Shown piece by piece: positions 18,058 through 28,200 of a DNA stretch of 37,017 bases (position 1 is the stretch's first letter; each line of letters starts with the position of its first letter). This stretch comes from an uncultured Rhodopirellula sp. (GTDB lineage: Bacteria; Planctomycetota; Planctomycetia; Pirellulales; Pirellulaceae), in the NCBI GenBank assembly GCA_964007735.1, contig CAXGAI010000044.1, positions 1 to 37,017 on the forward strand. The letters run 5' to 3'. A model generated the notes under the pieces. The model searched no databases. It was not told the origin of the DNA and worked only from the letters and a program-made list of their open reading frames with translations. A program made the position numbers and the translations under genes.

Positions 18058-19257
18058 CTAATTCTTTTTGAACTTAAAGATCTCACCACCTCGCAACTGA
18101 GTTGTAAAGTAAACTTCACCGTCCTGATCTTCGCCAAAGGTGATGATGGGAATGTTTTCACCCGCGGCAGATTTATTTGGAATTTCATGATTTGCAATGA
18201 TTTTACCAGTCTTGTAATCATGCTCCAGTGCCCAAATACGTCCTGAAACGTAGTCAGCATAGACGTACATTCCATTAAGCTGAGGGGCAGCTAAACCGCG
18301 ATATATAACGCCACCGGTGATGGACTTACCGGTTTCGTGATCGTATTCAAAGATTGGATCGATCAGATCAGCCCGAGGACCAGAGCCTTTTTCACCAGAT
18401 TCAGTGACGTAGGGATGATTACCTTCGCGAAGATTCCAACCGTAATTTCCCCCTCGTTTCACGATGTTGATCTCTTCCCACAGCTTTTGGCCAACATCAG
18501 CGGCATAGAATGTACCTGTGAGTCGGTCAAATGAAAGTCGCCATACATTTCGAAAACCGTAAGCGTAAATTTCCGGTTTAGCACCTTTGGTTTTTACGAA
18601 AGGATTGGACTTAGGCACGGCATAGTTTTTACCTTCGTCTTTGTGATCCACGTCGATCCGCAGAATACTACCATTGAGCGTGCTCAGATTTTGACCATTT
18701 TTCATAGGGTCACCACCTTTGCCGCCATCGCCTAGGGCGATGTAAAGGTATCCATCGGGACCGAAAGCCAAGGTTCCACCATTGTGGTTCCAGAATGGCT
18801 GAGGGATACGAATTAATTCTTCTTCGTAAGTTGGGTCCGCTTTATTGGGATCGTCTTTGGAGACGCGGAAGCGACTGACTACAGATGTATGCTCCGCATC
18901 AGCAGTAGTGTAGAAAAGGAAGAATTCACCAGTTTCCTTGTAATTAGGATGCATAGCGAAGCCTAATAGGCCTTCTTCGTTTTCTTTGTCTTTATAAGTA
19001 ACCAACTCTTCGTGATCGAAGAAAACCGATGATTCTTCCACTTCCGAGTTCTTCTCGAAAATGTGAACCGAGCCAAGTTGGGAAGCTACAAAGATTCGAT
19101 TACTGCCATCACCAGCGTGCGTTATCACGATGGGGCGTGCAATTCGAAGATTAGGAAATGCAGATTCAATCGACACCCCTAGCTCAGCAGCGCTGACAGC
19201 AATCGTGGAAAACATCATGGCCACGATTGCAAGAGATTTCATAGTAAGACTACGCAT
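18058..19257 (-). CDS. Exported PQQ-dependent sugar dehydrogenase (glucose/sorbosone dehydrogenase, GSDH family)
   Basis: Signal peptide, EEGLLGFAMHPNY, NHNGGTLAFGPDGYLYIALGDGG, GSILRIDVD, YGFRNVWRLSFD, DVGQ..WEEIN...GGNYGW and SITGG. Confidence 0.9.
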   Translation of the reverse strand: MRSLTMKSLAIVAMMFSTIAVSAAELGVSIESAFPNLRIARPIVITHAGDGSNRIFVASQLGSVHIFEKNSEVEESSVFFDHEELVTYKDKENEEGLLGFAMHPNYKETGEFFLFYTTADAEHTSVVSRFRVSKDDPNKADPTYEEELIRIPQPFWNHNGGTLAFGPDGYLYIALGDGGKGGDPMKNGQNLSTLNGSILRIDVDHKDEGKNYAVPKSNPFVKTKGAKPEIYAYGFRNVWRLSFDRLTGTFYAADVGQKLWEEINIVKRGGNYGWNLREGNHPYVTESGEKGSGPRADLIDPIFEYDHETGKSITGGVIYRGLAAPQLNGMYVYADYVSGRIWALEHDYKTGKIIANHEIPNKSAAGENIPIITFGEDQDGEVYFTTQLRGGEIFKFKKN

Positions 19258-19285
19258 TGAAGTATATCCTTCTTAATAAACGTGA

Positions 19286-19996
19286 CTAGTCGTCAACTTT
19301 GATCAATTCAATTTTGAAAATCAGAGTGGAGTTAGGGCCAATGTCAGCACCTGCTCCTCGCTCGCCGTAAGCCAGTTTAGATGGAATGTACAATTCCCAC
19401 TGGTCGCCTTCTTTCATCAGTTGAAGAGCTTCTGTCCATCCGGGGATAACTTGATTTACACCAAAGGTAGCAGGGGCGCCACGCTTGTAAGAACTGTCGA
19501 AGACAGTACCGTTGATCAGTTTCCCTTCATAGTGTGTTGTGACTTTTGAGGTTGGTTTGGGAGTGGCTCCTTGACCAGACTTGATTACTTTGTATTGAAG
19601 ACCGCTCTCGGTTACTTTAACACCTTCTTTTTTTGCATTGGCAACGAGAAATACTTCGCCTTCTTTCTTGTTGCTATCTCCAGCTTTGGATGCTTTTTCA
19701 GCAGCCATTTGCTGTAGGGCTTGCTGGAATGCAAGGAAAGCGGCCTGAAGTTCCTGATCGCTTTTTTCGACTTTGTCAGAAGACGCGTCCGTGACCCCTT
19801 TCAGGAAAGCTTCGAGATTCAGATTAACGCCCTGGGATTTCATGTTGTTCATGAAGTTTACCCCAAACGCGTAGCTACCGTCCTTGACAACATCCGCGAT
19901 GGGGGCTGGCTTTTCCGGTTTTTCTTCGTCTTGTGCAAGAGCTGTAAGACTGAAAATGCTCAGCAACAGGCACGAAGTGATAAGTTGTTTAAACAT
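19286..19996 (-). CDS. Exported FKBP-type peptidyl-prolyl isomerase (FkpA/Mip-like)
   Basis: Signal peptide, SYAFG N-domain, TESGLQYKVI, HYEGKLINGTVFDSS, VIPGWTEAL, IPSKLAYGERG and LIFKIEL. ATG 19996 follows an AAGGA RBS. Confidence 0.95.
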   Translation of the reverse strand: MFKQLITSCLLLSIFSLTALAQDEEKPEKPAPIADVVKDGSYAFGVNFMNNMKSQGVNLNLEAFLKGVTDASSDKVEKSDQELQAAFLAFQQALQQMAAEKASKAGDSNKKEGEVFLVANAKKEGVKVTESGLQYKVIKSGQGATPKPTSKVTTHYEGKLINGTVFDSSYKRGAPATFGVNQVIPGWTEALQLMKEGDQWELYIPSKLAYGERGAGADIGPNSTLIFKIELIKVDD

Positions 19997-20218
19997 GAAA
20001 TTGTCCTTTCTGTGTCGATTCAAAAGGATTCGACAAATTGTTTCACCTACGAAACTTTGAGTTGGTATTTATATGCAGTTAGACCGTAGATCGGGATAAT
20101 GCATTGATTCGTCTGGATTTTCCTGCCGTTACTTAACACATTAAAAGCAGATGCAGACCTGTATTCTAAGGGAGGTTGGGGACAAATACCATTGGCACGC
20201 GAACCTAATAATCTTCTC

Positions 20219-21880
20219 TTAGGCCCCTGTTTTTTGTCGATGATATTGGTAACCGGGGATAAAAAAGCAGATAGCGGATACGACTCCGAAGAGGAACAGG
20301 CTTTGTTTAGGAAAGACTGCCATCGCCACCGCCGTAGTAAATAACGCAATCGCCTGAGCGTAGAACTTACCGGTCAGAATACCGGCTTTGACCATAAACA
20401 CCATACCACTGATGAGTCCGATAACCGGTGCCGCTTCAAGCACTTCCAATCCCATCAAGTATTCGATAGGAAATAGTAAGCCGATAGCGACTAAACTTGC
20501 AGCCCAGGCATGGGCGATTTGCCGTTCGACAAAAAGCACGGGGCCGAGTTTTTGACGCAACTTCCAGAAAACAGCAGCCCAGGCACCCAGGCCTAATGTC
20601 CACATTCCCGAATAATATAATCGGTTGTTGATATCAGCGAGAAACATCACATTGGTAAGCACGCAGGCCAGTAGTAGGACCAGACTATGCCACATCCAAA
20701 GAAGGCCCCAGTTTTGCAGGACGGCAGCGTGATGCGTTTCTCCAAGCCAGCGAGCAATGATGTGACTAAAGCGACCGGAGCTCGCTTTAATGGGTTGGTG
20801 GTTGATGTAGGCTTCAAGATCGTTGGCCAATTCGCGCGCGGAGGAATATCTCAAATCGGCAGGTTTTTGCAGGCATTTCAGAATGATCATCTCTAGATTA
20901 CGGTCGATAGCCGGGTTGATAATTCGTGGAGCAACCGGTTCTTGTTCGAGCACCAGCATGATGGTATCCATCGGAGAAGCTGCCTGAAAGGGTGGCCGTC
21001 CTGTCACCATGTAGTACAAGATGGCACCTAAGGAGTAAATGTCCGAGTGGATACCGACATCTCCGCGTGAGCCGGCTGCTTGTTCCGGTGCCATATAGGA
21101 GGGAGTTCCCAGAATAACTCCCGTCTGTGTTAAGCCGGAGTCGCTCGTAGATTGTTTAGCAAGTCCAAAGTCCGTGATGTGTGGGCTGCCATCCTGATCG
21201 ATCAGAAGATTAGAAGGCTTTAGGTCACGGTGAAGTATGCCCTTATTGTGAGAATAGTGAATGGCTCGGGAGATCGCTAAACCAATCTCAGCAGCATCCC
21301 GGGAGTTATAGAGTTCATTTTGAACAAGATCTTTCATGGTCTGCCCATGAATTAACTTCATTGAAAAGTAGGGGCAGTCTTCAAGCTCACCGACTTCGTA
21401 TACCGGAACAATTCCATTGTGATCGAGTTTAGCTGCGGCTTCTGCCTCGTACTGAAATCGCTCCCGTTGTTCCTGACTAGCCAATCGACCGGGCAAAATC
21501 ATTTTTAGAGCTACTTCTCTGTTAAGACTCTGTTGATTTGCCCGATATACGATACCCATCCCCCCGCGTCCCAGTTCTTCCAGAAGTTCAAAGTCTCCCA
21601 ACCTGCAGGGGGTCGTTCGTGCGGGGACCACCTCCGAAGTCTCTGCTTCACATTCCAGTACGCGAAAGTAGCCACCTGCGACATCTGCTACCAGCATGAC
21701 CGGTAATAATTCTCGTAGTTCCTCTTCGAATTGAGGAAACTGCTGATAAATGGTTTCCGGCTGAACGGACTGACCCTCAATGATTCTTTGCTGCAACTCG
21801 TCGAGCACATTTACGATCTGCTCGTTATATTCCTTCGAATGACTCGAGCCGTTGTCTGAAGGTGGGTTCACAGCGGTCAT
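20219..21880 (-). CDS. Hanks-type Ser/Thr protein kinase with a C-terminal multi-TM domain
   Basis: LGRGGMG, VALK, HRDLKPSN, DFG, GTPSYMAPE and SDIYSLG, followed by about six hydrophobic helices at the C-terminus. Confidence 0.95.
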   Translation of the reverse strand: MTAVNPPSDNGSSHSKEYNEQIVNVLDELQQRIIEGQSVQPETIYQQFPQFEEELRELLPVMLVADVAGGYFRVLECEAETSEVVPARTTPCRLGDFELLEELGRGGMGIVYRANQQSLNREVALKMILPGRLASQEQRERFQYEAEAAAKLDHNGIVPVYEVGELEDCPYFSMKLIHGQTMKDLVQNELYNSRDAAEIGLAISRAIHYSHNKGILHRDLKPSNLLIDQDGSPHITDFGLAKQSTSDSGLTQTGVILGTPSYMAPEQAAGSRGDVGIHSDIYSLGAILYYMVTGRPPFQAASPMDTIMLVLEQEPVAPRIINPAIDRNLEMIILKCLQKPADLRYSSARELANDLEAYINHQPIKASSGRFSHIIARWLGETHHAAVLQNWGLLWMWHSLVLLLACVLTNVMFLADINNRLYYSGMWTLGLGAWAAVFWKLRQKLGPVLFVERQIAHAWAASLVAIGLLFPIEYLMGLEVLEAAPVIGLISGMVFMVKAGILTGKFYAQAIALFTTAVAMAVFPKQSLFLFGVVSAICFFIPGYQYHRQKTGA

Positions 21881-22518
21881 GAAGGAATTGTTTGAGAATC
21901 GATTTGTTGAGGGATTAGTTGATTTCTAAGTTTACGAAGCGCGCGTAGATATCGCATGCTGGCGGCGGCAGGTTTCAGATTCAGCGTCTGCGAGACTTCA
22001 TCGTTGGATAACTGTTCATAATGCCGCATGATAATGATGTCACGGTCTAAATCATTGAGTTTCATCAGGGCATCTTCCATCCGATCGGCCATTTCACGGC
22101 GAGTAGCCTGAGCGGCGGGCGTTAAATCGCTGTCACGAAGTTGGTTCCCTAGATTGATTGTGCTTTGGTTTACCCCAACTTTTACAAGGCGATGTTCACG
22201 ATCAACACTTCGTTTTGCTGTAGCCCGGTGACGCCGATGGGCATCAATAATACGGTCTTTTGCGATTTGACGTAGCCAGAGATGAAAGTCAATACCGGGG
22301 TTTTGAAGATACCGATCGATACGACGGTTGGCTTCAATCATCACGTCCTGTACCACATCACTAACCCCGACTCGTTGTCGTATCTGCTTATCTAAACGCA
22401 TACTGACAAGGCGTTGCACAGCAGAACGATGACGCTGAAGTAAAGCATTCCAGGCGGTTTGGTCACCGCCTTTACGTCGTGCCAGTAAATTTTGAGTTTG
22501 TTCGTTTTCAGGCCACAT
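21877..22518 (-). CDS. ECF sigma factor, planctomycete kinase-associated type
   Basis: GDQTAWNALL..HR, RQRVGVSDVVQD, FHLWLRQIA..RIIDAHRRH...KRSVDRE, and a sigma4 region ending MRYLRALRKL. ATGA overlap with the kinase gene. Confidence 0.92.
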   Translation of the reverse strand: MWPENEQTQNLLARRKGGDQTAWNALLQRHRSAVQRLVSMRLDKQIRQRVGVSDVVQDVMIEANRRIDRYLQNPGIDFHLWLRQIAKDRIIDAHRRHRATAKRSVDREHRLVKVGVNQSTINLGNQLRDSDLTPAAQATRREMADRMEDALMKLNDLDRDIIIMRHYEQLSNDEVSQTLNLKPAAASMRYLRALRKLRNQLIPQQIDSQTIPS

Positions 22519-22616
22519 GTGATGTTCTTTCGCAGTGAATCCGTAGCTTAGTGAATACGATGGTCAGCAATAAACCATGTAGCACATGATATATTAGCCG
22601 TCATTTTAACGGGCGG

Positions 22617-23225
22617 TTAGCGGGTTTTTTTACATTTGGTTGAAATTGCCTGAGCAGCCATTCTTCGGAACTGCTTTTGCTGATAGAGCATATATGGCTT
22701 TCCTACCCAGGCTAGTAGTGAGCCAGGACGGGAGAACACCGTAATACGAAAATAAACCTCGTCCGTTTCCAAATTCCAGTCAACGTGAAAGAGCTCTTCC
22801 CCAATCGCAATATGCCCCATCGTTGTCCCGTAGGCGAATCCCGCTTGTTTAATCTTGCCCTGTTGTCTGGAGTTTTCCAGTTCATAAATGATACGAGCTG
22901 GATTGACCGTCCATAATCCCATCGTCCCAAAAACAACCGCGACAGTGTTTCCACTTTTAGTTTCAGGGTTGAGATAATTGAGCTCAGTCATTGGGTGATT
23001 AAACATTTCCCATTGGCTAATCCCCTCGGTGACAGCCTTGAATATTCTTTCACCGTGACCGACCCGATATAAGAAACGATCAAGTCGAAATCCTCGAGGC
23101 GCATCGCCAGAGTCAATCAGATTTCTTGTTTGTCCGACATAGGGATAGTTGAAATCTAGAGTTTGACAGTGCCTGATATACGGTTTGATGGCGGAGGTGG
23201 AGGGTTTCGTTCCAATACGTATCAT
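22617..23225 (-). CDS. DUF1990 (UPF0548-like) family protein
   Basis: FNYPYVGQT, VGHG...F, W.MF, NPARIIY, GFAYGTTMGHIAIGEELF.V.W and ITVFSRP. Confidence 0.8.
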   Translation of the reverse strand: MIRIGTKPSTSAIKPYIRHCQTLDFNYPYVGQTRNLIDSGDAPRGFRLDRFLYRVGHGERIFKAVTEGISQWEMFNHPMTELNYLNPETKSGNTVAVVFGTMGLWTVNPARIIYELENSRQQGKIKQAGFAYGTTMGHIAIGEELFHVDWNLETDEVYFRITVFSRPGSLLAWVGKPYMLYQQKQFRRMAAQAISTKCKKTR

Positions 23226-23309
23226 GAGCGGCTCTTTACTTGAATCTAAATCATCTCACTCATTAACCGTCTAAATCTGGAATTGTTCACAAACGTATTA
23301 GGAAGAATT

Positions 23310-24272
23310 CTAAATCGGGGCTGGGAGGTCACGTTTGCAGAAGGCGAAGTTTCCTATCATGTAACAGAGCAATCCAAAACCAAACAGAATGCAATGACAA
23401 CCTAACGCACTTAGTCTGATTGATTCTTCAAGCCCATACTGCCAAAACTGCCAGAATTGTTCAGGATCTTCAGTCAAGACATTTACCAGACCTTCCGGAT
23501 CAAATGGATTGAAAAAAGTGAAGTTAAGCAGGTAGTTATATTCTGGTTTGGAGACCGCCAGAATCCGAATGGACTGTTGGAAGATGACAAAGCCCACTGC
23601 AATGCCAACAGCACGCCAGCGATAGCGATCGAAACTAGAAACCATGGTGGCAAATCCAGCAACGAAGAATCCCATTGCGAAGATGATGGTTAACGCAGGT
23701 ATGAAATTCCAGACATTGATATAGTCAGACATGGGTTTCTGAATTGTAGTCGCTTCCGCGGTTGAGAGTGGTATCTCTAGCAGAGTGTATGGGATTGAGA
23801 TCGAAGGTGGCTTTATAACTTCTTCCACCATATTCAGATGGACGCTAACGACCATGCCTAGCCATGCAAGCGTGGACAAGAGCAAAGTTCCAACGGTTGT
23901 TACGAGGAACTGTGACCAATACATATTAGAACGGGAAACCGGATTCCCCAGCAGCATTTCCATCGTGCCCCGGTTGATTTGACCGGCCACCGTGTCCGAA
24001 CCTCTTGAAATCGTCCATGTCAGAATAACAAATAGAACAATCGGCTCATTAAACGTTCTTGCCACTCGGCCTGTGTAAGTAACTAACGATGAGAATGGGA
24101 CGGGAGAGAATTTTTCGAAGTTCTTGAAGTGCTTGATGATCTCACTGAATTCATCGCTCCCCAATAGAGTGATGCTCCAGACTCGTAACATCATGAAGCC
24201 AAACATGGCTAACCCACATGCCAGAAAGACAGTACGACCTTGAAGTGCGTAGCGGTGGAGTAGCGCTCTCAT
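23310..24272 (-). CDS. ABC-2 type transporter permease
   Basis: About six TM helices, GQINRGTMEMLLGNPVSRS, C-terminal FCKRDLPAP, and an ATGA overlap with the upstream ATPase. Confidence 0.85.
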   Translation of the reverse strand: MRALLHRYALQGRTVFLACGLAMFGFMMLRVWSITLLGSDEFSEIIKHFKNFEKFSPVPFSSLVTYTGRVARTFNEPIVLFVILTWTISRGSDTVAGQINRGTMEMLLGNPVSRSNMYWSQFLVTTVGTLLLSTLAWLGMVVSVHLNMVEEVIKPPSISIPYTLLEIPLSTAEATTIQKPMSDYINVWNFIPALTIIFAMGFFVAGFATMVSSFDRYRWRAVGIAVGFVIFQQSIRILAVSKPEYNYLLNFTFFNPFDPEGLVNVLTEDPEQFWQFWQYGLEESIRLSALGCHCILFGFGLLCYMIGNFAFCKRDLPAPI

Positions 24273-25162
24273 GGCTTTAATTCCGAGCGTTCAGGATGGA
24301 TTTCCTCGTAGAGGCTGCGAAGTCGCGCTGGTTCAATAGTGATGTCGGACAGATTACTTTGCTTCAGCCATTCCAGACTTTTCAGGAGATTTCCTTTGAC
24401 TTCCAGGATGATCTTATTTCCAGTCTGTTTAACGAGTTGGATTTCGTCGGAAAGTGATGTAGGAATGGAAGGCAATGTTTGCTCGATAGAACCTGTAAGT
24501 CGATGGTTATTACGCAATGTTTTTATTTCAGCGGTGGTGATTAGCTTTCCCTGTTTCAAAAAGCCAACGGTATCACTGATCGCTTCGACTTCATCCAGAA
24601 TATGGGAAGAAAACAGGATTGTTTTCCCTTCCTCCCTTTTGAGCCGAAGTAATCCTAAAATCTGTTGGCGGACTGTCGGATCTAGATTTGCCGTGGGTTC
24701 GTCCATGATGATGAAGGGGGCCTCGTTAGCCAATGCGATGGTCACCGCAAGTTTTTGTCGCATTCCGGTCGACATCGACCCGACTTTTCGACGTACATCC
24801 AATTCGAGGAATTCAGCAATCTCGAGAGCCTTGGCTAGACAGCCATCGACCCGTAGAGCGGTGAAAAGCTTCAGGATTGTTCGGCCACGGTATTGCCGAT
24901 CAAGCCGGGCATCGCCTGGAAGATAAGACGTAACCTGACGAACAGCCAATGATTGCTGATGGCAATTGAAACCGTTGATTAATGCTCTGCCCTCTGTTGG
25001 AGTCAGAAAGCCCATTAGTAAACGAATCAGTGTACTCTTACCGGCTCCATTGGGCCCAAGTAGTCCGAAGATGGTTCCTTTCTCAATGGTCAGACTACAA
25101 CTTGAAAGCGCAGCAAAAGAGCCAAAGCTCTTTGAAAGTTGATCGGTTTCAACAAAGGTCAT
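24269..25162 (-). CDS. ABC transporter ATP-binding protein (ABC-2/DrrA-like)
   Basis: GPNGAGKST, signature MSTGMRQK, Walker B IIMDEPT and SSH switch. Confidence 0.95.
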   Translation of the reverse strand: MTFVETDQLSKSFGSFAALSSCSLTIEKGTIFGLLGPNGAGKSTLIRLLMGFLTPTEGRALINGFNCHQQSLAVRQVTSYLPGDARLDRQYRGRTILKLFTALRVDGCLAKALEIAEFLELDVRRKVGSMSTGMRQKLAVTIALANEAPFIIMDEPTANLDPTVRQQILGLLRLKREEGKTILFSSHILDEVEAISDTVGFLKQGKLITTAEIKTLRNNHRLTGSIEQTLPSIPTSLSDEIQLVKQTGNKIILEVKGNLLKSLEWLKQSNLSDITIEPARLRSLYEEIHPERSELKP

Positions 25163-25210
25163 GAAGCTTTGACTCTTTTAGGTTTCCTAAGATCGCCTGA
25201 TGAAAAACGA

Positions 25211-28200
25211 TTACCGATTGAACAAGAAAGCAGGGTTATTAATCAGAGCCCATGCCAAATCCTGCAGCCCAGTTAATCGTTTGTTATCGAACTGAGGTTT
25301 CGCGGCAGCAACGATGGCCAACATGTCAGTATATTCACGATCGGTTTCCATATATTTAGCTCGTAACGCAGCCTTTTGTTCTTCATTGCGATCTTCCACT
25401 GGTGTTTTTAGCAGTGTTGCAAGGTCAGCAGGAAGCATATTGAGCGTCACCGGTCGCGGTGAATCAGAAACCGATATACGGAATTTACCAAGCTGATGCA
25501 TGTTATCACTGTGGTTATTAACAATCATAACGGTGAGCAGGGCACCACCTTCGAAACCAACCTGACCGTCTGTCTGGAAGACCGCAGTTTGATTCTTTCC
25601 GACTTCGGGTGAAATTGCCCAGCCGGTGTTTGGATTGCCATCAATTGCCATGGCGACTGAATAACCGCCCTGGTTAAAGGTAGCTGATGGGCTGACCAAC
25701 TTGATTTTCTGTGCCTCACCTTCGCCGTTTGTATTTTGAATACTAACGCCAAATTCACTAACGACGAAGTTTCCATTTGGGGGTCGGCCCGGACCTTTGG
25801 CCGGCAGGCGGTCATCGACCAGCGTTTCAAGGCGAAAGGCTGTGATGTTCGTGAGATCCGTTCTTAATTTGACCGTATAGGTAGCGATTTCATTTTTACC
25901 GGTTGCCAATAGTGAGCCATCTTCTTGTAATTCCAGCTTGGCTTCTTTATCAGTTTCAGCAGATACAACTTCCACGGGAAGCCAGCGATTCGTTTTTTGC
26001 ATCGCCGTTTCCCAGGTGGCCTGACGTTCAGGGATAATCTTTTCCAGTTTATCCAGCTGAGCTTTGAGCACTAGATAATCGGATCCGGCGTCCTGTAGAG
26101 CGAGTTGGCCGATTTTGATTTCCTGTTCGGTTGGATATCGAGATAGAAATCGAAGAAAAACTTCTTCAATAAGAAGCTCATCATCTTTGATCTCGGCTTC
26201 AAGTTTTACGAGGTCATTTGCGCCGTCACCGATGGCGTTGGCAACTGTCGGACCATTAACAAGTTTCATAATGGGCCCAAGAACCATACTGCTTGAACGT
26301 TCACATTCACAGGCACTTTCACGCACTGGCCGTCCAAAGTCATCGAGAAATGGTACGGCGATCCCAACGTCCGGAAGTTCTGCTGCCCGAAATCCACGTG
26401 GTACACCAGCAATTGTTGGGATGGATCCACAAGCCACATGAATAGAATCGAAGAGCACTTCTGCTGGTAAACGACGAGCGATCGCGTGCGAGTAATTAAT
26501 CTGATCGTCTTCATTCCACTCATTAGTGTTGACTGAATGTTGGTACGTTCGGGATTTCAAAATAGTCTTGATGATGTGCTGGACATCAAAGCCACTCTCT
26601 ACGAAATCATTCGTCATGGCAGTTAGTAGCTCCGGATTGGTCGGAGGGTTACCAGCACGAATGTCATCGATTGGTTCAATAATTCCGCTACCGAACATGT
26701 ATCCCCACAATCGATTGACATAACTTGATGCAAAGTACTGATTACTGGAGGAAGTCATCCACTGAGCCAGTTGTTCCAAACGAGGGGCTGAAGTTTCAAG
26801 GGTATCGTCGTGTTCAAATGGAAAGGTCGGCGGTGAAACCTGGCCGGTCAATGCATGGTTGATTTCCCCACTGCCTCGGTCGAAGACAACTTCGACAAGA
26901 GGAGTTGCCCCTTCCACAGCGGAGCCGCCAATTCGCTGACCCTGAAATGCCGGGTCTTCCTTACGGCCGATTTGAGCGAAGTAGGCCGCCAGATTGTAAT
27001 ACTGGTCCTGAGTCCATCGTTCAAATGGATGGTCGTGGCACTTGTTGCAGTTAAAACGTACAGCCAGAAAAAGATGAGTCGTGTTTTCCATCAAAGTTGC
27101 CGGATCGCGGATAACTTTGTAGTAGGAGGCTGGAGGATTTTCGATGGTTGACCCAGTTGCAGTGAGCACTTCCTGAGCAAACTGGTCATAAGCTTTGTTT
27201 GTGGCAATCGAGTGTTTAATCCAGTTGCGTAGCGAGATGGCTCCCTGTTCTCCCAGGAATTTCCGGTTTACCTGAAGTAGGTCAGCCCATTTATTAGTCC
27301 AGTGTTCAACGTACTGCTGGCTTCCAATCAGGGTGTCGATTAAGGTATTCCGTTTCTCCCTGGAAGGTCGCATGTCGTTGAGGAATTCGCGGACGTTATC
27401 GGCTGTTGGAGGAAGGCCAGTGACATCGATATAGACTCGACGTACGAATTCTTCATCCGAACAAATGTCACTAGGCAACACTTTCACTCGCTGCAGCTTG
27501 TTGTAGACATGTTTGTCGATATAGTTGTAGTGTTCCGGTTCTTCCCAGGCGAATCCAGACCGGTCACCCATAACCGTTAGAGTTGTTGCTGCGTAATTTC
27601 CTTCGTAACGAATTAGAACAGGCCCTTCTCCACGTCGCAGTACCGTTAGCAGACCATTTGCGTCGGCCTCAATAACTTCGATGTTTCCACTTTCGATAAA
27701 TGCCTCACGAGATACATCGCGTACCGTACCATCGGCAAATGTAGCCATCACGGTCATCTGCTGTTTCATGCCGGCACGTGGAATGATGGGGTTCTTCGGG
27801 AAGACATCAATCGAGGTGACGCGGGAAACTTCCTGATCGAGCTTAGCTCCACCGGTAATCCAAGCACGAATGGTTTTGTAGTAACGTGAATTAACATCTG
27901 TCCGAACTCCGCCAACGTGAGGGATAGAACCAGTCGCTTTTAGAAGCATCAAACTCTGGTCAGGGGCGGCTCGGTTGAAGCGACGTGCTCCAATGTCGTC
28001 CGTAAAAGCACGGTGGTCATAAAGTTCGTCATAACCACGTAAAGAAAGTTTGAATCCCCCCTTACCGTCTTTGGCACCATGGCAGGTACCGGCGTTACAA
28101 CTCATTTTAGAAAGGACGGGCTGTACGTCCTGCACGAAGTTTGAAGGAGGTGTCGCAATGGATGTGACTTTGACCGCCAGCTGAACTGTGGTATCACCAA

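Noticed and set aside
20047..20349. 100-aa ORF between the kinase and FKBP genes
   Set aside because: It overlaps the kinase 3' end out of frame, has no motif, and the remainder looks like the FKBP promoter region.
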